DNA of 44,393 bases. Origin: Candidatus Poseidoniaceae archaeon. GTDB lineage: Archaea > Thermoplasmatota > Poseidoniia > Poseidoniales > Poseidoniaceae. Numbering within the stretch: the first letter of the stretch is position 1; the number at the start of each line of letters is the position of its first letter. The position numbers and the translations under genes are program-made. Below are positions 1 to 8,800 of this stretch, piece by piece. The notes under the pieces are model-generated. The model was not told where the DNA came from and did no database searches. It saw only the letters and a list, made by a program, of their open reading frames with translations. The DNA is taken from NCBI GenBank assembly GCA_965662895.1, contig CBFIJH010000003.1, forward strand, positions 133,793 to 178,185, in the 5' to 3' direction.

Positions 1-690
1 TAATCCTTCATACAACTGTTCAGAACAAATTCTCAAGGATTCTCGGATTTCGTCTTCATGAAGGATTCCATCGTTTGCAGTTGCACGATCTGTACCATCA
101 TCAACACCAAATTGCATCACAACGCCTTTTGGGCAAATTGAGGTTGATGCTGGATGTTGTTCGATGAGGGCTGAGTAACCTTGTGAACCGTCTGCACCTT
201 GTTGACCCTGCGGACCCTCCTCACCGAGTTGACCGTCACAAACATGGGCAGTTGTCTCAATTTCACTCTCATCCAAGTAGAGGTTGTGATTATGATCGAC
301 GCCGGATTCAATCTGAATGCCTCCAAATTGGCATGGAATTCCAGGCGATAGTGCTGTGAGGTTGACAAGGCTTGAATTGCCATTGGAACCGTTTTTCCCA
401 TCAACGCCAGATTGGCCTTGTGGACCGGATAACCCTTGTTGACCGTGACAGACTTTGGTGCTGCTCGTAATTTCGGTTGCTGAGAGTTTCCCATCACCGT
501 TGAAATCGGTTCCTAGGAAGATGTCTGCTCCACCCTCAGGGCAGAAGACATCGGCTTCACGGCCTTCGGTTTCGACCAAAATCGGTGTGTCTTCTTCATC
601 AACGGATTCAATCGACTCGACCGAGTTGTGCAATGCAACCGACCAAACCGAAAGAATGAGTGCACTGAGCACAACGGTTGATTTGAACAT
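1..690 (-). CDS. Secreted repeat protein, 3' end outside window; three C-x-x-G(G)...G-x-D-x-N-x-[DN]-x-x-L-x-x-x-E...[VI]C repeats (DUF7151-like) separated by short collagen-like Gly-X-Y runs
   Basis: Hand translation of the minus strand from ATG at 690: MFKSTVVLSALILSVWSVALHN (signal-like)...CPEGGADIFLGTDFNGDGKLSATEITSSTKVCHGQQGLSGPQGQSGVDGKNGSNG...CQFGGIQIESGVDHNHNLYLDESEIETTAHVCDGQLGEEGPQGQQGADGSQG...CPKGVVMQFGVDDG; open to position 1. Absent from the ORF track because it has no stop in the window. Confidence 0.85.
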   Translation of the reverse strand, partial: MFKSTVVLSALILSVWSVALHNSVESIESVDEEDTPILVETEGREADVFCPEGGADIFLGTDFNGDGKLSATEITSSTKVCHGQQGLSGPQGQSGVDGKNGSNGNSSLVNLTALSPGIPCQFGGIQIESGVDHNHNLYLDESEIETTAHVCDGQLGEEGPQGQQGADGSQGYSALIEQHPASTSICPKGVVMQFGVDDGTDRATANDGILHEDEIRESLRICSEQLYEGL

Positions 691-857
691 CTTTACGATG
701 TTTTCACGTGATAAAAAACGTGTACGTGTTCCATCACGGCGGGCTGTTTGGGTATTGTTCTCTACTGAGGACATAAAACCCGGAGAGACGTCAACCGTAT
801 CAAAACCATCGGTCAAGAACACGAGTCTTGATGAAGCGCCGATGTTTGGAATTGTAC

Positions 858-2603
858 ATGCAACTTCCAAATCGACTGGAAAAGCAGTTGGAAGGCAAAG
901 AAGGTCCGACTCGACAAAAGGCTGCCCGCCTCGTGGTTGATCTTGCGTATGTTGCCAAAGCAACCTCGTTCGTTGAGGTCGATCATGCACACGTCTCCGG
1001 TGTCTCTGTCATTACTGGTGGACACGGCCTTCGTACGTTCCTCAAAGATCTCAGTGGTGATGATGCTGGAACGGTTGTAATTCCGACAACATTGAATTCT
1101 GCAGGATGTGATCGGGAAAAAATGGAGGAAATGGGAATTTCTTGGCCCAATTTTCTTGAGCAGCAATTCGAGATTGTTCAAGCCTACGACCGTCTAGGAA
1201 TAGAAGCAACACTCTCCTGTACGCCCTACGATCGCAGCATTGAGATTGAAGGTGAAATCGGTTCATGGGCAGAGTCCAATGCTGTCTGTTACTCCAACAC
1301 CTGGACTTCGTTGATTACCAACCGAGAATCAGGTCTGAGTGCACTTGCTACGGCGTTAACAGGCTATGCGCCAGCGTGGGGTCTCCATCTTGAATCAAAT
1401 CGGAGACCGAACATTCGAGTTATTATTGATTGTGCATTGGAGACGCTGTCGGATTATTCCATTCTCGGTGATTGGATTGGCAAGAATGCGAAAGCAGAAT
1501 GGGACCTTCCATTTGGACCAATGCCCTATCTGCAAGGTTTGGACGGTCACATTTCATTCGCCCGAAAAAAGGCCTTGACTGCAGCTGCGGCCAATTATGG
1601 CACGCCGATGATGTGGGTCGAGGGCCATACAACTGCGCTGGATGAATCCATTGATGCAATCGAGTGGCAGGGTACGCTTCGTTTCACGAAGCGTGACCTC
1701 GATGAAAGATATCAGGAACTTTCACCCAAAGGCCGGGTTGATTTGGTTGTCATTGGTTGTCCTCAAGCGAGCTTGGAGGAGATGCGAATGACCGCAGCGG
1801 CATTACGGACGCACATGGAATTTGGCGAATCGATCCCCAATCAACGCTTGTGGGTTTTCACGAGCAAGGAGAATTATGCGTTGGCTGAAGCGGATGGGAC
1901 GGTATCGATGTTGGAGGATGCTGGTGGGCTTGTACTGGTTGATACCTGTCCTGAGGTTACGCCCTACAATCGTGAAAAATACAATCATTTGTTGACAAAT
2001 TCAATGAAAGCAGAACATTACCTAACAAGTGGCCTTAATCGCATACCGACAAGCGTTGCCACAATCCAGGAATGTGTCCGCCATGCGATCGATCCTTTGC
2101 GCGCTGAAGGCCCAACGCCAATGCTTTCACAAGCCTCGCATGGAGGTCATGAAACTGCGAAAACTCCACAAACAGGGTTGCCAACAATCCGAGGTTCCGG
2201 GCTAAACTCTCAGGGTGACTTTTGCATTGAAGGAACTGCGATGGTCACCGATGTACCAATCACTTATCTTGGGTACGTGAATCGAGACACTGGTGTTGTT
2301 GAAGAGACTGGTCATCCACTTGATGGGCGAGCGATTCAAGATACAATTTTGATTTATCCAAAAGGTTCAGGTTCAACTGTAGCTCCATATGTTTTGATGG
2401 GCTTATTGTACCAAAACAATGGACCGCTGGCCATCATCAATCGCGATGTGTGTCCACTTACACTTCCTGCTTGTTCGTTGCTGAACGTTCCATATGGACA
2501 TGGATTCGACGATGATCCGTGCATGGTCGTGAACGATGGCGACAGAATTGTGTTCAAGCGTGAAAATGGAAATGTCACAATAGAAATCATCGAAAGGGTG
2601 TGA
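858..2603 (+). CDS. acnX: Aconitase X (DUF521 catalytic domain fused to C-terminal DUF126 swivel domain); possible phosphomevalonate dehydratase
   Basis: HAHVSGVS, PTTLN, SCTPY, WAESNAV, TNRESG.SALA, GCPQ, DTC, TNS.K motifs of the large subunit; ITYLGYVNRDTG...HPLDG...PKGSGSTV of the small subunit. Start moved to ATG 858 (MQLPNRLEKQLEG resembles family N-termini). Confidence 0.85.
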   Translation: MQLPNRLEKQLEGKEGPTRQKAARLVVDLAYVAKATSFVEVDHAHVSGVSVITGGHGLRTFLKDLSGDDAGTVVIPTTLNSAGCDREKMEEMGISWPNFLEQQFEIVQAYDRLGIEATLSCTPYDRSIEIEGEIGSWAESNAVCYSNTWTSLITNRESGLSALATALTGYAPAWGLHLESNRRPNIRVIIDCALETLSDYSILGDWIGKNAKAEWDLPFGPMPYLQGLDGHISFARKKALTAAAANYGTPMMWVEGHTTALDESIDAIEWQGTLRFTKRDLDERYQELSPKGRVDLVVIGCPQASLEEMRMTAAALRTHMEFGESIPNQRLWVFTSKENYALAEADGTVSMLEDAGGLVLVDTCPEVTPYNREKYNHLLTNSMKAEHYLTSGLNRIPTSVATIQECVRHAIDPLRAEGPTPMLSQASHGGHETAKTPQTGLPTIRGSGLNSQGDFCIEGTAMVTDVPITYLGYVNRDTGVVEETGHPLDGRAIQDTILIYPKGSGSTVAPYVLMGLLYQNNGPLAIINRDVCPLTLPACSLLNVPYGHGFDDDPCMVVNDGDRIVFKRENGNVTIEIIERV

Positions 2604-2607
2604 AGCA

Positions 2608-3561
2608 ATGCGTAGCCTTGTCACCGGAGGTTCAGGTTTCCTCGGCTCAAGTTTGGTTGAAGCCCTGGTTGGCCAAGGGCACCAAGTCGTTGTCCTCGAT
2701 AACCTGTGGAGAGGAAAAAAAGAGAATCTTGACTCCGTTGATGGCCAGATTACGTTCATTGAAGCAGATGCATGCGAATCATCGTCCTATGACCTCATAA
2801 CTGAACCGCAAACCGTCGATGTTGTATTTCATCTGGCTGCAATAAATGGAACCAAATGGTTCCATGAAGAAGCACGGATGGTCATGGATGTGAACCTCAA
2901 TGCAACATTACGCTCCCTTGAATTTGCTGAACAAAACAATTGCCGCTATGTGTTTACCTCGTCACCAGAAGCGTTTGGGGAATCTGAGATGATGCCGCTT
3001 GGTGATGACGAACCGGCGGTCTTCCCTGCTTCACACCATCACCAAAGGCATGCCTACGGAGCAAGCAAATATCTTGGTGAACTTGCGGTTCATCATGCAG
3101 TGCGAAATGGTCTTGATGCTCGAATTGTGCGTCCATTTAACGGATATGGACCTCGCCTCTTGGGTACGGAATATGGGCAAGTTGTTTCGATGATGCTTCA
3201 ATCTGCACTTGAGGAAGGAATGGTTCTGGTCCATGGAGATGGGCGGCAAACCCGTTCACTGACGTACATTGATGATCTTGTTCGAGGCATCTTACGTTCT
3301 GCTTTCACCGATGGCCTTGCAGGTTCGTGTTTGAATTTGGGGTCGGAACATGAACTCTCAATGCTTCATCTTGCTCAACAGATTTGTCAACTTGTTGAAC
3401 AAGAAACTGGTCGTAAAATCACATTGAACCATGGCGAAGGATATCCGGGTGATTCAAAACGGAGAATCCCGGATTTGTCCAAGGCTCAAACCCTTCTGAA
3501 TTGGAAAGCAGAAGTCTCGTTGCAGGAAGGTCTTGTTCACACGCTTCGATCGATGTTGTAA
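2608..3561 (+). CDS. NAD-dependent nucleotide-sugar epimerase/dehydratase (extended SDR)
   Basis: TGGSGFLG Rossmann motif, HLAA, YGASK catalytic YxxxK, RPFNGYGP, GDGRQTR. Confidence 0.92.
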   Translation: MRSLVTGGSGFLGSSLVEALVGQGHQVVVLDNLWRGKKENLDSVDGQITFIEADACESSSYDLITEPQTVDVVFHLAAINGTKWFHEEARMVMDVNLNATLRSLEFAEQNNCRYVFTSSPEAFGESEMMPLGDDEPAVFPASHHHQRHAYGASKYLGELAVHHAVRNGLDARIVRPFNGYGPRLLGTEYGQVVSMMLQSALEEGMVLVHGDGRQTRSLTYIDDLVRGILRSAFTDGLAGSCLNLGSEHELSMLHLAQQICQLVEQETGRKITLNHGEGYPGDSKRRIPDLSKAQTLLNWKAEVSLQEGLVHTLRSML

Positions 3562-4349
3562 TGCCATTCTGTTGGGGTTGCCATCAGTCGGTTCAATCCA
3601 TGCTGGCAGAGGAGGTGTGCAGGTTCAAGACCATCTGAGGTGTCCGGGACCAGAACCTCCGACAATTTCAAAACAACCAATTTTGCTTTTGCCTCAGACA
3701 AATCAATTTCATCGATCATTTGACCAGTGATTGCGAACGCTGCATCCTGCAAGACCAGATGATGGGATTCCAGTTCTGTGAGTCCAAATTCCTCCCACTC
3801 GCTGGTTTTTGCATCGAGTGGTTGTGCCGTTTGTTCAACAATTTTGGCGGCTGATGAGGTCGCTGGAAGGAAATTGAGAACGGCTTTTTTTGTCTCGCGT
3901 AGATTGATGAGCGTATCCCGCCAGCGGTCATCCCGATTTGCTGAAAGAGAAACGATGGCAAGTGGGGGTGAATTCGAGACGATGGATAGGGAAGTGTACG
4001 GGGCGATGTTCCGTGTTCCTGAATGTGAGGTCGTACCGATGAGTGCTAAAGGTCGTGGGCTTGCAAGGTTTGTGAGCCATGCTGAACGCATTTCATGGGA
4101 CAGCGTTTCAAGGTCGATTTTGGCGATATTTCGGTCGACAAGTTGTGGTTGTTCGGAGGGAAACCATCGATCGAGTTCTCCTGCTTCAACTTCCATGACG
4201 GCATGAGCCGTGAAGTCGCGATATGCTTCCCATTTTGGGACATCCTCAAGTTCCCCTCGCTTGGTTTTCCGTTCAATCGATGCATTTGCATAATCAATGC
4301 ATCTTTTGAGAAAAGAGATGACGTGAGCTTTGCCTTCCATACCAATCAT
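3537..4349 (-). CDS. Flavin reductase (DIM6/NTAB-like) family protein with N-terminal helical extension
   Basis: PRPLALIGT, NIAPYTS, SNSPP, RDTLINL motifs; start set at ATG 4349 overlapping the upstream stop (ATGA). Confidence 0.8.
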   Translation of the reverse strand: MIGMEGKAHVISFLKRCIDYANASIERKTKRGELEDVPKWEAYRDFTAHAVMEVEAGELDRWFPSEQPQLVDRNIAKIDLETLSHEMRSAWLTNLASPRPLALIGTTSHSGTRNIAPYTSLSIVSNSPPLAIVSLSANRDDRWRDTLINLRETKKAVLNFLPATSSAAKIVEQTAQPLDAKTSEWEEFGLTELESHHLVLQDAAFAITGQMIDEIDLSEAKAKLVVLKLSEVLVPDTSDGLEPAHLLCQHGLNRLMATPTEWHYNIDRSV

Positions 4350-4813
4350 TCTCTCGTGTCGTATTCTTCCCGTGTCATGAGGTACTGAGCGGGGTTGCCT
4401 ACCCAAACCTCTCCATCTGGAAGTGGTTTGGTCAAAACAGAGCCGCCACCCAAAACTGCTCGGCTGCCAACGTTTGCTCCGGGAAGAATGGTGCATCCTC
4501 CTCCGATAATGGCGTTTTCACCGATATGTACGGGTTGCCATTTGCTCTGGTCACCCGATGGAGGATACTTGTCGTTCAAGATTGTCGAATTCGGACCAAT
4601 AAACACGGATGTCCCGATGCGGGTTCCGTCGGCGATGTAATTTGCTCCTTGGATGTTGGACATTGTTCCAATACGGACATTGCGGCCAACGTGGCACATT
4701 GAACCGATGGACACAGCGTCGCCGATGTCAAGCCCTTTGCCAATGTAACACGGTTCGTAAGCGAATGAGGTTGGAGACAAGTGAATTTTTTGCCCCCCAA
4801 CATCCTCGTCCAT
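4346..4813 (-). CDS. Hexapeptide-repeat (left-handed beta-helix) acyl/acetyltransferase, WbpD-like
   Basis: Repeated IG hexads, FIGPN, NDKYP, IGGGCTILPG, VGNPA C-terminal motif. Confidence 0.88.
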   Translation of the reverse strand: MDEDVGGQKIHLSPTSFAYEPCYIGKGLDIGDAVSIGSMCHVGRNVRIGTMSNIQGANYIADGTRIGTSVFIGPNSTILNDKYPPSGDQSKWQPVHIGENAIIGGGCTILPGANVGSRAVLGGGSVLTKPLPDGEVWVGNPAQYLMTREEYDTRE

Positions 4814-4822
4814 GCGTTCACC

Positions 4823-5308
4823 TCATTCGTTGATTTCGAGCTCTCTCATCAACATCTCAACGTGGCCTGTGGCTCGAACGTTGTAACGGCACCATTCGAT
4901 GACTCCATCCGAATTGATAACAAAGGTCGAACGGACGCAACCGAGGTATTCTCTGCCGTAGTTTTTCTTCATCCGCCATGTTCCGAACATCTCGTGAAGA
5001 TGTCCTTCTTCGTCCATCAATAGAGGGAAATTGAGTTCTTGTTTGGTGATGAAATTTTCATGAGATTTTTCCGAGTCCTTTGACACACCGAGAACCACGT
5101 ATTCTTCGTTTGCTAGAATTGCAAGATTATCTCTGAAGTCGCATGCTTGTTTGGTACAGCCAGGAGTTGAGTCTCGAGGGTAGAAGTACAAGATGACCTT
5201 CTTGCCATCTTTCATGTATGTTTCAAGATTATGGCTTTTTCCGGCTGAGTCGATGCATGAAAATACGGGGCTTTTCGATCCTACTTCAAGTGTTATTGGG
5301 GTGCTCAT
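4823..5308 (-). CDS. bcp: Peroxiredoxin (BCP/PrxQ)
   Basis: YFYPRDSTPGCTKQAC peroxidatic/resolving Cys motif, GVSKD, RSTFVI. Confidence 0.93.
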   Translation of the reverse strand: MSTPITLEVGSKSPVFSCIDSAGKSHNLETYMKDGKKVILYFYPRDSTPGCTKQACDFRDNLAILANEEYVVLGVSKDSEKSHENFITKQELNFPLLMDEEGHLHEMFGTWRMKKNYGREYLGCVRSTFVINSDGVIEWCRYNVRATGHVEMLMRELEINE

Positions 5309-5464
5309 GCATTGAGGGTATCGACTGACATTTTCAATGCTTGGTTGGGCTCTTGAGATGGAAGAAAATAGGAATATTTGTTATGCATAAAAAATGATGC
5401 GGCATGAATAAAACCATGTTTTTTGTCCAATTGTTTGATAAACTGCCAGTGCAGAACATTGCAT
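5309..5464. promoter_or_regulatory. AT-rich divergent promoter region between bcp and the archaellum-containing operon
   Basis: Strongly AT-rich gap; perfect palindrome TTATGCATAA at 5381-5390; TATA-like TTTGATAAA about 25-30 nt before ATG 5465. Confidence 0.5.
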
Positions 5465-5896
5465 ATGGCGGCTCCAAGCATGACGCGACGTAGCCGCAAA
5501 TACTTCAAGAAAATCCAGCGAGCAAAAACCCGTTACGACTTACAGACCATCGCTTCGACCATTCAAACCGAACTCGATCGACGGAACCTTTCGTACGATG
5601 AAGCGCTGAATCTTGGTAATTTTATCCAAAATAGGGCAGATCAGTTGCCAGGCGACTCCATTGTCTACGCTGTTTCCGATCGAGATGCATATCGCCGCAC
5701 GCTTGAGTTGTATCTTCGGGACGCATTACTGACACGAACGGAACAACTCCTGCTGTGGGAAGAGCGTCGAAGACTCGGCATTTCCGATGAGGAGCACGAC
5801 CGACTGCTCAACCAACTCCTTGAAATTTGGAAGTCTCAAGGAAAATCCGTAACCATTCAACGCTTTGAGAAAGCTGGAGGTAACGCAGATGTTTAG
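5465..5896 (+). CDS. Hypothetical helical protein with TerB-like C-terminal motif
   Basis: YRRTLELYLRDALLTRTEQLLLWEERRRLGISDEEHDRLL resembles the Y..AL.DG.IT..E..LL...R..LGIS.EEH motif; overlaps next gene by 8 nt. Confidence 0.7.
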   Translation: MAAPSMTRRSRKYFKKIQRAKTRYDLQTIASTIQTELDRRNLSYDEALNLGNFIQNRADQLPGDSIVYAVSDRDAYRRTLELYLRDALLTRTEQLLLWEERRRLGISDEEHDRLLNQLLEIWKSQGKSVTIQRFEKAGGNADV

Positions 5897-8800
5897 TCGC
5901 AGAGCCTTGCCTGTTCTATTGGTTATTTTGCTTGTTGGCCACCTTGCTTTGCCATTCGCTGATGCATCTTCGGCAAGCGGTCGTTCCGGGCCAGATTTCC
6001 AAGTGAACAAAGTGGTCTTTGACGGGGCGGGATCTGTATCCACAAGCAGCGGTTTGGTTCTCGCACCCGACACACACACAGTCCGCGTCGATGTATCGAA
6101 CGCTGGATCTTCTTCTGGAAATGCTTTCCTTTCCTTGGTTCACAAAGGGTCCCCGAATGCTGCAGAACAAACCGTCGACACCGTCGACCTCGGCGTGATG
6201 TCTGCCAATTCCGGGCCAACGACGTATTTGTTGAGTTGGACTGCAACAACCGGCCCTTCTCAAACACTTTTCGCCCGTGTGACCGGTGCAAACGACGGCA
6301 ACATTGCAAACAATGAGTATCGAAGAGATTTTGACGTCGAGCGATTGGTTGATTGGTCAATTACCACACCCGAAACCCTTCCAACCGTAACACCGGGTTC
6401 GACCAGCGCATTTTTGGAGCGCCAAACACACAAATTCAACGTCTCTGTTGTTAACGATGGCGTCATGCCGTTTTCGGCTCGAATGCAAATCGTGCTGACC
6501 AATGCCTCAAACCTTCCTCCAACGGTAAACATCGATTCCGAAATCAAAACCATCCACGCTCCCTCCACGTACGATACGGAAATTGGAAACGTCGAAGCCT
6601 TGCCTCTTAACGCGACTTTCGACGCTTCGACGATGACCGGATTGTGGAACATGTCCGTCCGAGTCATACTCGATGATGGCAGTGGTCCAGTTACAGACAT
6701 CTACAAAGAATTCGACGTAACCTTTAGCGATTACATCGCAGAATTGGTCGGGGCATCAAGCCGCACAACTTCGCCAGGCGACTCGACAACGTTGTTTTAC
6801 ACGGTCAAGAATACTGGTTCAACAACGGACAGCTTCACAATTGGCGTCAGTTCGACCGAAGGGTGGGCAGACACATCGCTCGATGGGACGTTTACGGATT
6901 TCCTCATTGCTGGCGCAACCACACTTGTACCCGTTCACGTGCATGTACCTCAAGGAACTTCATTGTCCGAGGTTGACATTATCTCGTTCTCGATTACTTC
7001 TGCCGGAAGTGGTTACACCCTGTCGAATACAACCCAAGTCATGGCAGGTGAGTATCTTGAAGCCACGGTTGACATCACAAATGACACCACATATGTTTTG
7101 CCAGGAAAGTCCGATACAATTGCTTTCAACATCACGAACACTGGGAATGCAAGGACCTCTTTTGACTTGGTTGCTGGATTTACATCGGATCCTATGAACT
7201 GGGTTCACAACATTTCCATCGATAATACTGGAGAATTGGCCGTGGGACAGTCTGTATCTGGCTTTATTCACGTTGAAGTGCCGCCGATTCAGTTGCCACT
7301 CGTTCCTGCTGAAGACAATGCTGCTGGCAGTAGCCTCAACGTCTACGTTACCGCAACTGCAGATACGGGGAGCATTCCAAGCACGGATTCGGGCCAGATC
7401 GAGGTCCGGCCGGCGATTGTTGTTGACCCCGGCCTTCCAGTTGATACAATTGTATTGAGTGAAAGCGATGTGCTCAATGCAGGATCGTCGATTGGCGTCA
7501 ACGAGATTCTCGCACTCAATGTGCAGGTCCGACACAACTTGGTTTCCGACCTTTCTGAAACGATTGATGCGAACATCACGGTTGGCGACATATCCTTTGA
7601 AGCACTCACTTCAGGTGGGTTCAATGAGGTTGATCGATGGAATGCAACTGTCACGCCAAATGAAATCACAGGTCTCACGCTAGGTGAATCCTTCCCGGCC
7701 TCGTTGGGTATTCAGAGCCGAATCGGTCAAATTCCACTTGCTGGAACAGTCAAAATCCCGGTAACAACAACCCCGACGCTCGGTGGAGTCCACACCGCCT
7801 CTTCTGTGTATGCTCCCACGATTGAACAAAATCTGTCCATCGTTGTGCCTCGCGTAATTAATGCAGAGATAGCCGAAACCGGTCCGCTGGATGCAAACGT
7901 TGGCGTCGATACAGATTTCATGTTTACGTTCGCAAACACCGGGAATGACCGTTCAGACTTCCGTTTGGAAATAGTCGAGAACTTACCCACTGGATGGTAT
8001 GCGAATTTGACGACCACAAGCCCAGACAACACCATCCTCAATCTTGCGAGTGACTTTGAGGACTATCCGGCTGACAGTGGTGTCCATCTCTCTCTTGTCA
8101 CACTGACCGTAAAGACCGATCCACTCGCACCTGCCCAGATGTTGCAACCCCTCACCATTCGCTACTACGACCTTGACACCGGCGCCTACATTGGTGAACA
8201 AACCATGGACATCCGCGTCGGTGAATCTGTCGCGGCGGAATTAACCCCGACAAATCAATCGATTGAAATCACGCCGTTTGAACAATTGTCTGCCTTTGTT
8301 AACATCGCAAATACCGGAAACGGACCAACTTCTTTCTCTATCGAGTTGGATGATGGTGGCTATGATGACGTATCGTTCGAACTTGATACCTCCTCCACAG
8401 TTGTCGTCGCTGCTGGCTACGAATCGTCGATTCGAGTGAACATCATTCCGACTGTGGATGCGAGTGCCGATGCGTTTTACATGGCCACGCTGACCGTCTC
8501 GATGGTCGATGAAAACGGAGATCTTGTCGAACTCAAAGCAAACATTGTTGCAAACATTTCAGAAGTTCACGACGTACAACTCACAGCACCGGACAGCCTC
8601 GTCGCAGTGCCGGGGACAATCGTCAATCTTCCGTTCACGCTCTTCAACACAGGAAATCTTGTTGAGACGGTCAACATCAACATCACGGTGGATGGCGGTT
8701 GGAGTACAACGCCCACAGTCCAGTCGTTCACAGTACCAATCGACGGCGAATCCACTGGTAGTTTCGATATCGCCATCCCTGCACTTGATGGCTCCGATAA

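Noticed and set aside
117-940. ORF-track entries 117..497(-) and 455..940(+)
   Set aside because: Shadow frames of the real minus-strand gene at 1-690, which has a signal peptide and coherent repeats.
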